A DNA stretch of 64,000 nt from Bacteroidales bacterium (GTDB lineage: Bacteria; Bacteroidota; Bacteroidia; Bacteroidales; GCA-2748055): contig JAWKKO010000005.1 in the NCBI GenBank assembly GCA_041393235.1, positions 117,186-181,185 of the forward strand, read 5' to 3'. Positions 51,551-60,436 of the stretch are shown here, piece by piece. The notes under the pieces are model-generated. The model did no database searches, was not told where the DNA came from, and was given only the letters and a program-made list of their open reading frames with translations. The position numbers and the translations under genes were made by a program. Positions within the stretch are counted from its first letter, which is position 1, and each line of letters begins with the position of its first letter.

Positions 51551-52780
51551 CTATTGGCAAAATTCCGTGATGATGCGCAACAGCAGGTCGTTCAGCTTCT
51601 CATCTTCGTATTCCCCGGTGGTGGGTTCAAGGTGATCGTTCCCCACACCGCTGACGTCGGTGACAAAGGTGTAGGTGCCGTTGGTGAGGGTGGCAAAGAA
51701 GCGAAGCAGAAACTCCGTATCCCGGTTCACCCCGCTGGCGGCGATGGGAACAATGCGAATTCCCTTCGCTGCCGCGGCGGGGATCACCTCATGCAATTTG
51801 GCTGCAATGGAAGACTCGAGATGGGGAGGGGCATCCAGCAACAAAAACAGGATGCGGGCCCGGGCCGACGAGGACCAGCTGTGCTGGGTGACGGCTTCCT
51901 CCAGGGCCATTTCCACGGCTTCTTCATAGTCCCCGCCGCCATCGGCGGACTGGGCACCCACGAAGGACATCAGACTTTGTACATCGGAATTGAAAGCATG
52001 GGAACGGGTCACATATTCGTCCCCCAGGTCCCGGTAAAACACGGAACCATAGCGCAAATTAAGGTTGGGAACCGAATCGGCTGCTTTGTTCAGGACATCA
52101 GTCAGTTCCACCTTCAGGTATTCAAGCTCATCGCCCATGGAACCGGTGGCATCCACAACGAACATGATGTCGGCTTCATCCCGCACCGGGGCATCCGCGG
52201 TTGCCTCCACCGAATTCACCCCGTCCGAATACTCCATAGCATTGCCTGAGGCGATCTGCACGGAGTTCATCAGAATCCGGTATTGAAGGGTGCCGGCTCC
52301 CGGAGCCGGTGCCAGGGCATTGGCCCAGCACTCGGCCCTCCCGAGATTGTCGGTCCGCCCGGTCCAGATTCGGTCCCCGTCGTGGAGCAGTTCCACCGTG
52401 GCGTCCATCACCGGATCACCCTGGGCATCTGCCACCTGAAAGCTGTATCGTTCAAAGGGATAGAAACTCCAATTTTCCTGTGCCGTCCCGAATTCTTCCA
52501 TTTGCTGCAAATCGAGCCAGAAATCCCAGTTCTCCAGATCGTTCCACTCACCAGCCGTCAACACACCGGCCTGGTATTGTCCGCCGTCTCCCCCCGTGCC
52601 CTCTCCTCCGGACCCGGATCCGCTCTCGCCACCGGTCAAACCATAGGCCGAATCTGTCAGGTATCCCGTGGAACTGCCGTCTTTTTCACCGGTCGAAGGG
52701 TCATCCAATTCAGAACAAGCCTGGAAGAGACCCAACATCAGGGCCAGGGAGGATAACAGAAGGAGATTTCCGTGTTTCAT
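51551..52780 (-). CDS. von Willebrand factor type A domain lipoprotein
   Basis: Lipobox MKHGNLLLLSSLALMLGLFQAC, then a Gly/Ser-rich linker. MIDAS-type motif is IMFVVDATGSMGDE. Confidence 0.8.
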   Translation of the reverse strand: MKHGNLLLLSSLALMLGLFQACSELDDPSTGEKDGSSTGYLTDSAYGLTGGESGSGSGGEGTGGDGGQYQAGVLTAGEWNDLENWDFWLDLQQMEEFGTAQENWSFYPFERYSFQVADAQGDPVMDATVELLHDGDRIWTGRTDNLGRAECWANALAPAPGAGTLQYRILMNSVQIASGNAMEYSDGVNSVEATADAPVRDEADIMFVVDATGSMGDELEYLKVELTDVLNKAADSVPNLNLRYGSVFYRDLGDEYVTRSHAFNSDVQSLMSFVGAQSADGGGDYEEAVEMALEEAVTQHSWSSSARARILFLLLDAPPHLESSIAAKLHEVIPAAAAKGIRIVPIAASGVNRDTEFLLRFFATLTNGTYTFVTDVSGVGNDHLEPTTGEYEDEKLNDLLLRIITEFCQ

Positions 52781-52852
52781 TTCTTTGGGTTTCCCTCAGG
52801 ATGCCAGCCGGAGGAAAAGGGATGCGTCGGATGCAAAAAAAAATCCGGCAGT

Positions 52853-53734
52853 CTACACGTGCCGTTCGGCGTGGTAAGAGGAGCGCACGAGGGGACTCGA
52901 TTCCACTTCCTGGAAGCCCCGGATCAAGGCCTGTTCCTTGAAATCCGCAAACACATCGGGATGAACATAGGCCGCCACCGGCATGTGGGCCAGGGTGGGC
53001 TGCAAATACTGGCCCAGGGTGAGTACCTCGCATCCGGCCTCCCTCAGGTCATCCATGGCGCGGAGGACCTCCTCCTCCCGCTCGCCAAGTCCAAGCATGA
53101 GGCCCGATTTGGAGCGCAGCGGGGACTGGGCCACCTGGCGGATGACGGCCAGACTGGTGGCGTACCTTGCCCGCGAACGGATGGCCGGGGTGAGGCGTTC
53201 CACCGTTTCCAGGTTGTGGGAAACAACCTCCGGTGCGGCATCGAGGACCCTCTGAACGAGATCGGGACGGGCATCGAAATCCGGAATCAGGGTTTCCAGT
53301 GTCACCCCGGGAAGATCGCGCTTCAGCGTCCTTATGGTCTCCACCCAGAAACCGGACCCCTTGTCGGGCAGATCGTCGCGGTCCACCGACGTGAGCACGG
53401 CATGCTTTACCCCCATGGTCCGGATGGATTCCACCAGCCGCCGGGGTTCGTCATCGTCGGGAGGCAGGGGCCTTCCCGTTGTCACGGCGCAAAACTTGCA
53501 GGCCCGGGTGCAGATGTCGCCCAGGATCATGAAGGTGGCCGTTCCGTTGGCCCAGCATTCCCCGATGTTGGGACAGTTGCCGCTGGTGCAGATGGTGTGC
53601 AGGCGGTGTTCGGCCACCTGCGCTTTTACCTGCATGTAGCGGTCGCCTCCCGGCATGCGCATGCGCATCCATTCGGGCAGGCGCTTTCTGTCCTTGGGTC
53701 CGATCCTGGAATTTTCCATGGCACGAAGATACAA
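52853..53734 (-). CDS. lipA: Lipoyl synthase
   Basis: Both cluster motifs are present: CTSGNCPNIGEC (auxiliary) and CTRACKFC (radical SAM). Confidence 0.95.
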   Translation of the reverse strand: MYLRAMENSRIGPKDRKRLPEWMRMRMPGGDRYMQVKAQVAEHRLHTICTSGNCPNIGECWANGTATFMILGDICTRACKFCAVTTGRPLPPDDDEPRRLVESIRTMGVKHAVLTSVDRDDLPDKGSGFWVETIRTLKRDLPGVTLETLIPDFDARPDLVQRVLDAAPEVVSHNLETVERLTPAIRSRARYATSLAVIRQVAQSPLRSKSGLMLGLGEREEEVLRAMDDLREAGCEVLTLGQYLQPTLAHMPVAAYVHPDVFADFKEQALIRGFQEVESSPLVRSSYHAERHV

Positions 53735-53766
53735 AGGATTGATCCGGAAATCCTACTTTTGCCTCC

Positions 53767-54393
53767 ATGAACGATTCCACCGAACTTCTTCAATTGGCCA
53801 AACGGGTTCAGGCCCTGGCGGAAAACGGGTTGCACTACACCGAAAACGACTACGACATCGACCGATACCAGGACCTGGAAGCCATTGCCCTGAAAATGCT
53901 TTCCCTGCTGGGCGGCAAACCCCTGGAGGAAATCCGGGAACTGACCACCGAACGCAACGGCTACCGGACGCCGAAGGTGGATGTTCGCTGTGTTGTCTTC
54001 AACGAGTCGAACGAGATCCTGATGGTCCGGGAACGGATCGACGGGTGCTGGTCCCTTCCCGGGGGCTGGTGCGATGTGGGTTTCACCCCCTCGGAAATCG
54101 CCGTCAAGGAAACACGGGAAGAAGCGGGGATCGAGGTGAAAGCCGGTCGGCTGCTGGCCATCTTCGACAAGAAATGCCACCCCCATCCCCCCGAACTGAT
54201 CTACACGTACAAACTCTTCATGGAGTGCATTCCACTGACCCTGGACATCCAGACCGGCATGGAAACCCTGGATGTGGGATTCTTTTCCAGGGACAATCTG
54301 CCCGAGCTTTCCACCCCTCGAAACACAAGGAACCAAATCGAAGCCATGTTCGAGTTCCGGGAAGGCCGGCATGCCTGGCCCATGGTGGACTGA
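53767..54393 (+). CDS. NUDIX hydrolase with N-terminal Nudix_N_2-type helical domain
   Basis: Nudix box GGWCDVGFTPSEIAVKETREEAGIEV (GX5EX7REUXEEXGU). Confidence 0.85.
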   Translation: MNDSTELLQLAKRVQALAENGLHYTENDYDIDRYQDLEAIALKMLSLLGGKPLEEIRELTTERNGYRTPKVDVRCVVFNESNEILMVRERIDGCWSLPGGWCDVGFTPSEIAVKETREEAGIEVKAGRLLAIFDKKCHPHPPELIYTYKLFMECIPLTLDIQTGMETLDVGFFSRDNLPELSTPRNTRNQIEAMFEFREGRHAWPMVD

Positions 54394-54492
54394 GCAATAT
54401 GCTGGTCAAACCCATGGCAGAATAGGAGATTTCCCCTATTTTTGCGTCGAATCTGAAACCCCGGTCCAAACCGGGTTTCCACCGTCCCGAGC

Positions 54493-55941
54493 ATGCGCAC
54501 AGAGAAAGATTTTCTTGGAGAAGTCTCCCTGCCCACCGACGCCCTGTATGGCATCCATTCCTACCGGGCCAAAAAGAACTTTCCGGGTCAGACCGCCTTT
54601 CCGGAAGCCTGGTACCGGGCCATGGGCGTTGTCAAGCATGCCTGTTACCGGACCGTTCGAAAATTCCAGGAAGCCGTCCGGCGGGAATACCCCGATGTGC
54701 TGGACCACCTGCGACTTCCCGATGAGAAAATCCTTGGGGCCATGGAAACTGCCGCCACGGAAGTGGCATCCGGCTCCCATTTCGACCAGTTCATTGTCCC
54801 GGGCGGACAGGGGGGTGCGGGAACCAGCATCAACCTCAATGTGAATGAAATCATTTCGAATGTGGCGTTGAAGGCCCTGGGCCGGAATCCGGGCGATTAC
54901 GAGGCCATCGACCCCATTGAAACGGCAAACATTTTCCAATCCACCAACGATGTGGTGCCCACCGCCCTGACCGTGGCCACCATGCGACTCCTGACCGGGT
55001 TGGAGGAGCAGATCAACCGCACCCGGTCCCAGGTCGAGGCACTCGAAAACCAATACCGGAACAGCCTCCGGATCGCCTTCACCCAGATGCAGGAAGCGGT
55101 CCCGTCCACGTACGGACAATTGTTCAGTTCCTACAGCGACGCCCTGTCCCGGGATTGGTGGCGGGTGTCGAAGGGATTCGAACGCATCAAGGTGGTGAAC
55201 CTGGGTGGCGGAGCCGTGGGAACCGGTTTGTCCATCCCCCGCTTCTTCCTCATGGAGGTGGTCCCGGCCCTGAAGAAACTCACGGATTTGCCCGTGACCC
55301 AGGGAGAAAACCTGGTGGATGCCACGGCTAACCTGGACCGATGGGTGGAAGTCCATGCGATCCTGAAGGCCCATGCGGTGAACCTGGAGAAGATGGTCTC
55401 CGACCTGCGGCTTCTGGCATCGGGGGTGGGCGGCAACCGGGAAGTGGAATTGCCCTCCCGACAGGTGGGCAGCTCCATCATGCCGGGCAAGGTGAATCCT
55501 GTGATCCCCGAATACATCATTTCCTCCGCCCACCGGATCTATGCCAACGATGCCCTCATCGCCACCCTGTCGGCGCAGGGATGCCTGGAATTGAATGCTT
55601 ATTTGCCTGAAATCGGAGTGGCCATGCTTCAAAGCCTGGAAAGCCTCATCGCCATGAACCAGGCGCTGACAGACGGCATGCTGGAGGGTCTCCGGATCAA
55701 CGAAGATACTGCCAGGGACAAATTGTTCCGGAGTCCGGCCGTCACCACGGCCCTCTCCCCCCTGATCGGTTACCACCGGGCGGCGGAACTGGCGCAGGAG
55801 ATGAAAACGAGCCGATCGTCCATATTTGAGGCAAACGACCGGGTTCACGTGCTGCCTCCCGAAAAATTGGAGCAAGCGATGGAAGCCTCCAACCTGTTGA
55901 AAAAAGGGTTTACCATGAACGACATCCGGGAACTGCAATGA
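54493..55941 (+). CDS. Aspartate ammonia-lyase/fumarase-superfamily protein (hyd-linked aspartase-like)
   Basis: Superfamily signature GSSIMPGKVNP and N-terminal EKDFLGEVSLPTDALYG. The stop overlaps the hydF start (ATGA at 55938). Confidence 0.85.
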   Translation: MRTEKDFLGEVSLPTDALYGIHSYRAKKNFPGQTAFPEAWYRAMGVVKHACYRTVRKFQEAVRREYPDVLDHLRLPDEKILGAMETAATEVASGSHFDQFIVPGGQGGAGTSINLNVNEIISNVALKALGRNPGDYEAIDPIETANIFQSTNDVVPTALTVATMRLLTGLEEQINRTRSQVEALENQYRNSLRIAFTQMQEAVPSTYGQLFSSYSDALSRDWWRVSKGFERIKVVNLGGGAVGTGLSIPRFFLMEVVPALKKLTDLPVTQGENLVDATANLDRWVEVHAILKAHAVNLEKMVSDLRLLASGVGGNREVELPSRQVGSSIMPGKVNPVIPEYIISSAHRIYANDALIATLSAQGCLELNAYLPEIGVAMLQSLESLIAMNQALTDGMLEGLRINEDTARDKLFRSPAVTTALSPLIGYHRAAELAQEMKTSRSSIFEANDRVHVLPPEKLEQAMEASNLLKKGFTMNDIRELQ

Positions 55942-57176
55942 AAGGACGCGACGCCAAACCCCACCTGGGAATCTTCGGAAGACGGAACAACGGAAAGTCC
56001 TCCCTGATCAATGCATTGGCCGGACAGGAGGTGGCCATCGTCTCGGAGGAAGCCGGAACCACCACCGATCCCGTGAAAAAAACCATGGAGATTCCGGGCA
56101 TCGGTCCCGTCGTGGTCATCGATACCGCAGGAACCGACGACAGCGGCGAACTGGGTCAGAAACGGGTCAAAAAGACCCGGGAAGTGTTCCGGCACATCGA
56201 TCTGGGCATCGTCGTTCTTGCGGACAACCGGTTCGAGGACGAGGAGCGGGAAATCGTCCGCCAGCTGGATCAGTGGGAAGTTCCCTACGTGGTTGTACAC
56301 AACAAAGCCGACCGGGATGCTCTCCGGGACGATACGGCCCGACAGGTGAAAGAAGCAACGGGGCGGACCTGTTTCGATTTTTCCGCCCTGGAACCCGGGA
56401 AAAAGCCCCGGGACAAAAACGCCCTGGTGGCCGTCATCCGGGACGCCATCCCTGAGACGGCCTACCTGACCAAGAGCCTGGTGGGGGATTTGATCCGCCA
56501 GGGCGACCTGGTGCTGTTGATCACCCCCATCGACGACGAAGCCCCGGAGGGGAGGCTCATCCTGCCCCAGGTACAGGCCATCCGCGACATCCTCGACAAC
56601 GATGCCGTGGCCGTGGTGGTCAAGGAACGGGAGGTGGATGCCCTGTTGAAGACACTCCGGCCCCGACCCGCCCTGGCCATCACCGACAGCCAGGTCTTTA
56701 AAAAGGCCGATGCCTCGGTGCCCGGCGACATCCCACTGACCAGTTTCAGCACCGTGCTGGCCCGGTACAAGGGAGATTTCGACAACTACCTGAAAGGTAC
56801 GCCCCAGCTTGGAAAGCTGAAGGACGGGGACCGCATCCTGATCCTGGAATCCTGCACCCACCATGTCTCCTGCGACGACATCGGACGGGTGAAGATTCCC
56901 CGGTGGTTGTCCGCTTTTTCCGGAAAACAACTGGCGTTCGAAGTGGTCTCGGGACTCAATGAGATTCCCGGTCGAATCGAAGAGTACCGGATGGTCATCC
57001 AGTGCGGCGGGTGCATGATCACCCGCAAGCAATTGATCAACCGGCTGAAACCGGCCGTGGACGCAGGCATTCCCGTCACCAACTATGGCATGGCGATTGC
57101 TTACATGCACGGCATTTACGAACGGGCCATCGCTCCTTTCACCAAGGTGGAACCGGGGCAGGTATCCTACCTGTAG
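55938..57176 (+). CDS. hydF: [FeFe]-hydrogenase H-cluster maturation GTPase
   Basis: P-loop GRRNNGKSSLINAL, then TTTDP, DTAG and NKAD. The C-terminal cluster motif is CTH...x46...QCGGC. Confidence 0.9.
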   Translation: MKGRDAKPHLGIFGRRNNGKSSLINALAGQEVAIVSEEAGTTTDPVKKTMEIPGIGPVVVIDTAGTDDSGELGQKRVKKTREVFRHIDLGIVVLADNRFEDEEREIVRQLDQWEVPYVVVHNKADRDALRDDTARQVKEATGRTCFDFSALEPGKKPRDKNALVAVIRDAIPETAYLTKSLVGDLIRQGDLVLLITPIDDEAPEGRLILPQVQAIRDILDNDAVAVVVKEREVDALLKTLRPRPALAITDSQVFKKADASVPGDIPLTSFSTVLARYKGDFDNYLKGTPQLGKLKDGDRILILESCTHHVSCDDIGRVKIPRWLSAFSGKQLAFEVVSGLNEIPGRIEEYRMVIQCGGCMITRKQLINRLKPAVDAGIPVTNYGMAIAYMHGIYERAIAPFTKVEPGQVSYL

Positions 57177-57207
57177 GATGCGGGTGGACCATGTCAATTT
57201 GAAGACA

Positions 57208-58323
57208 ATGAGTTTTGAAAAGATACTGAATCAGGAAACATTCGAGCGGAACGATCTGATCCGGATGCTGGATGCCGAGGGTGAAGACCGGCAGGCGCTT
57301 TTTCAGAAAGCGGCCTGGGTCAAGCGGCAGGAAGTGGGCCGGAAGGTGCATTTCCGGGGACTTGTGGAATTTTCCAACCACTGTGCCAAGGACTGCTACT
57401 ACTGCGGCATCCGCAAGTCGAACCGGGAAACCCAACGCTACAATCTCACCGACGACCAGATCCTGCAGGCGGCCCGCTTCGCCCATGAAAACAACTACGG
57501 GTCCTTTGTGATGCAGGCCGGTGAACTGGAATCACCCGCCTTCACCCAGCGGGTGGAAAATCTGCTCCGGGAAATCAAATCCCTTTCGGGAGGAAAACTG
57601 GGCATCACCCTTTCCCTGGGCGAGCAGGAACGCGAGGTCTACGACCGCTGGTTCGATGCCGGCGCCCACCGCTACCTTCTGCGCATCGAATCGTCCAATC
57701 TGGAACTTTACCGCAAATACCATCCCGACGATGCCATGCACAGCTTCGAACGGCGGCTGCAGTGTTTGCACTCGTTGCAGGACCTGGGATACCAGACGGG
57801 AACGGGCGTCATGATCGGTCTGCCCTTTCAGGACACGGGCCACCTGGCCGACGATCTGTTGTTCATGCGCGATCTGGATGTGGACATGGTGGGCATGGGA
57901 CCCTACATCGAACACCACGAAACCCCCATGTATGAATACCGGGAGCACCTTCGGCCCATCGGGGAACGATTCGACCTGGCTCTGAAGATGGTGGCCACCC
58001 TCCGCATCCTCATGCGGGACATCAACATCGCTGCCGCCACGGCACTGCAGGCCATCGACCCCATGGGACGGGAAAAAGCCATCCGCGTGGGCGCCAACAT
58101 CATCATGCCCAACATCACCCCGGGGACCTTCCGCAACGACTACGATCTTTATGAAAACAAACCCTGCGTGGACGAAGAACCCGAGGAATGCCGGAATTGC
58201 CTGGATGTGCGCATCCAACTGGCCGATGGGGAAATCGGGTACGGAGAATGGGGCGACTCGGTCCATTTTTCCAAGCGCATGATGAAACAGAACACCCACA
58301 TTCCGGACGATTCCAAGGCATGA
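57208..58323 (+). CDS. hydE: [FeFe]-hydrogenase H-cluster radical SAM maturase
   Basis: ATG at 57208 (MSFEKILNQETFERNDLIRML). Radical SAM motif is CAKDCYYCGIR. The layout is biotin-synthase-like. Confidence 0.9.
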   Translation: MSFEKILNQETFERNDLIRMLDAEGEDRQALFQKAAWVKRQEVGRKVHFRGLVEFSNHCAKDCYYCGIRKSNRETQRYNLTDDQILQAARFAHENNYGSFVMQAGELESPAFTQRVENLLREIKSLSGGKLGITLSLGEQEREVYDRWFDAGAHRYLLRIESSNLELYRKYHPDDAMHSFERRLQCLHSLQDLGYQTGTGVMIGLPFQDTGHLADDLLFMRDLDVDMVGMGPYIEHHETPMYEYREHLRPIGERFDLALKMVATLRILMRDINIAAATALQAIDPMGREKAIRVGANIIMPNITPGTFRNDYDLYENKPCVDEEPEECRNCLDVRIQLADGEIGYGEWGDSVHFSKRMMKQNTHIPDDSKA

Positions 58324-59236
58324 AGGCCGATCTTCACATCCATTCCCGGATCAGCGGCGACGGGGAGCATTCTCCGGAAACCCTGATGCAGATGGCATGG
58401 AATGAAGGCCTGGAATTGATCACCCTGACCGACCACAACAGCACCCGGGGATGTGGGGCTGCCGCAGAAGCTGCTGCATCCCGAGACCTGCTGTTTCTCC
58501 CCGGTGTGGAGATCGATTGCGCATTCGAAGGCACCGACATGCACCTGTTGGGTCTGGGGATCCGGGCCGGGGATCCCTGGTTCGAATCCCTGGAAAATGA
58601 GATCCGGGAAAATCGGATGGCCCTGGTTCCGGCCATGTGGGAAAACCTGAAAAAGCTTGGAATCCGGGTGAACCTGGAGGATGTCATGGCCCAAGCTCGG
58701 GGGAAGCCCCTGATGGTGAACACTTTGCGGAAGTCCTGCTCGGCAGGCCGGAAGCAGCCTCGAACCCTATGCTTCGGCCCTATCTCCCCGGTGGAAGCCG
58801 CAGCGACATGCCGCTGATCAATTTTTACCTGGACTATTTCGCTCAGGGAAAACCCGCCCACGTGCCCATGGAACGGATGCATGTGGGCGAGGCGGTGGAC
58901 CAGGTGCTGGCTTCGGGCGGAATTCCGGTGGTTGCCCATCCGGGTTTGAATTTCAAGGGCAAGGAAGCCCGGGTATCCGGTCTTCTGGACGCAGGCATTC
59001 GGGGTCTGGAGGTGTTCAACAACTACCACACCGAAGAGCAAAGCGAATTCTTTGCCGGTCTTGCGAAGAAACACAAATGCCGGATAACCTGCGGAAGCGA
59101 TTATCACGGAAAAACCAAACCCCGCATCCGGCTGGGGATGTACGGGGATCCGGGTTCCCACCGGAGCGATCTGGAAGAATCGATGGAATACTGGGCGGAT
59201 CTGGCCCGGCACACCACCGGAAAGCTAACCTTGTAA
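58320..59236 (+). pseudogene. PHP-domain (polymerase/histidinol phosphatase-like) phosphoesterase, reading frame broken once at a G5 run (58699-58703)
   Basis: The ATG overlaps the hydE stop (ATGA). The N-terminus MKADLHIHSRISGDG...ITLTDHNS...GVEI is a classic PHP pattern. After ...AQAR the sense continues in the -1 frame (GEAPDGEHFAEVLL...VVAHPG...GLEVFNNYH...CGSDYHG). Confidence 0.75.
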
Positions 59237-59239
59237 CCC

Positions 59240-60412
59240 ATGAAACACAGAAACTTCCGATTTCGGCTCGACCTGCGTCGAATGACGCTTTTGCTTGCTT
59301 CGGCTCTGCTGATGGTTCAATGCGACCGTTCGTCCGAATCCGGCCAGACCGGGACACGCGCCGACCTCCCCTCCAGCGCTCCGGCCGCTTTCTCCGTTGA
59401 TCGGCCCGTTCTGAACCGACGACAGGCATCGAACCTGGCTGCCCTCCCCCTGGCCTGCATCGAAACGGAGTACCCCAACAAACTCGGGCAAACCCTGTCC
59501 CATGCAGAGGAAATCGGGGAACCCCATCAGCTTCATCCGGCTTTCTACGGTTGCTTCGACTGGCATTCCGCGGTTCACGGACACTGGTCCCTGGTGGCCC
59601 TGCTGCGGCAGTTTCCGGACCTGGAGGAGGCCGGGCGCATCCGGACCCTGTTGTCGGACCGGCTGACCCCGGAAAACATTCGTGCCGAAACGGCCTATTT
59701 TGAACGGGAGGGGGAATACGCCTTCGAGCGGACCTACGGATGGGCCTGGTTGTTGAAACTTGCCCAGGAGCTGCACCTCTGGGACGATCCGCTGGCCAGG
59801 GAACTGGAAGAAAACCTCCGTCCCCTCACCGATCTGATCCTCCTCCGGTACGCCGACTTCCTTCCCAGGTTGTTGTACCCGGTCCGTGTGGGCGAACACC
59901 CCAACACCGCCTTCGGCATGTGCTTTGCCTGGGACTATGCGAAGACCCTGCAAAAAGACACCTTACTAACCCTCTTCGCAGAGCGGGCGACCACCTATTT
60001 TATGTCCGATCAGGGCTGCCCCATCGACTGGGAACCGGGTGGATTCGATTTTCTATCCCCCTGTCTGGAAGAAGTGGACCTCATGCGAAGGGTGCTGGGA
60101 AAGGAAGAATTCCTGGAATGGCTGTCCCTCTTTATGCCGGAAATTCTGGAACCCGGTTTCCAGTTGGAGGTGGCCCGGATTTCGGACCGCAGCGACGGGA
60201 AACTGGTCCACCTGGACGGACTCAATTTCAGCCGGGCCTGGGTGCTGTACGGACTGGCCAATCTGGATCCCCGGTTCGCTCAGCTGGAGCCCCTTGCCAA
60301 CGCCCACATCGAGGCTGCGCTTCCAAACCTGGTGGGAGATGGCTACGAAGGGGGTCACTGGCTGGGATCCTTTGCCATCTACGCCCTGCAGGAAGCAGGC
60401 CTGCACCATTGA
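59240..60412 (+). CDS. DUF2891-like protein
   Basis: It starts 4 nt after the PHP stop. The pattern CIETEYPNK...LHPAFYGCFDWHSAVHGHWSLVALL matches my recollection of DUF2891. Confidence 0.7.
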   Translation: MKHRNFRFRLDLRRMTLLLASALLMVQCDRSSESGQTGTRADLPSSAPAAFSVDRPVLNRRQASNLAALPLACIETEYPNKLGQTLSHAEEIGEPHQLHPAFYGCFDWHSAVHGHWSLVALLRQFPDLEEAGRIRTLLSDRLTPENIRAETAYFEREGEYAFERTYGWAWLLKLAQELHLWDDPLARELEENLRPLTDLILLRYADFLPRLLYPVRVGEHPNTAFGMCFAWDYAKTLQKDTLLTLFAERATTYFMSDQGCPIDWEPGGFDFLSPCLEEVDLMRRVLGKEEFLEWLSLFMPEILEPGFQLEVARISDRSDGKLVHLDGLNFSRAWVLYGLANLDPRFAQLEPLANAHIEAALPNLVGDGYEGGHWLGSFAIYALQEAGLHH

Positions 60413-60436
60413 TCCTCCGTCCGGATCCGGGCCGGA

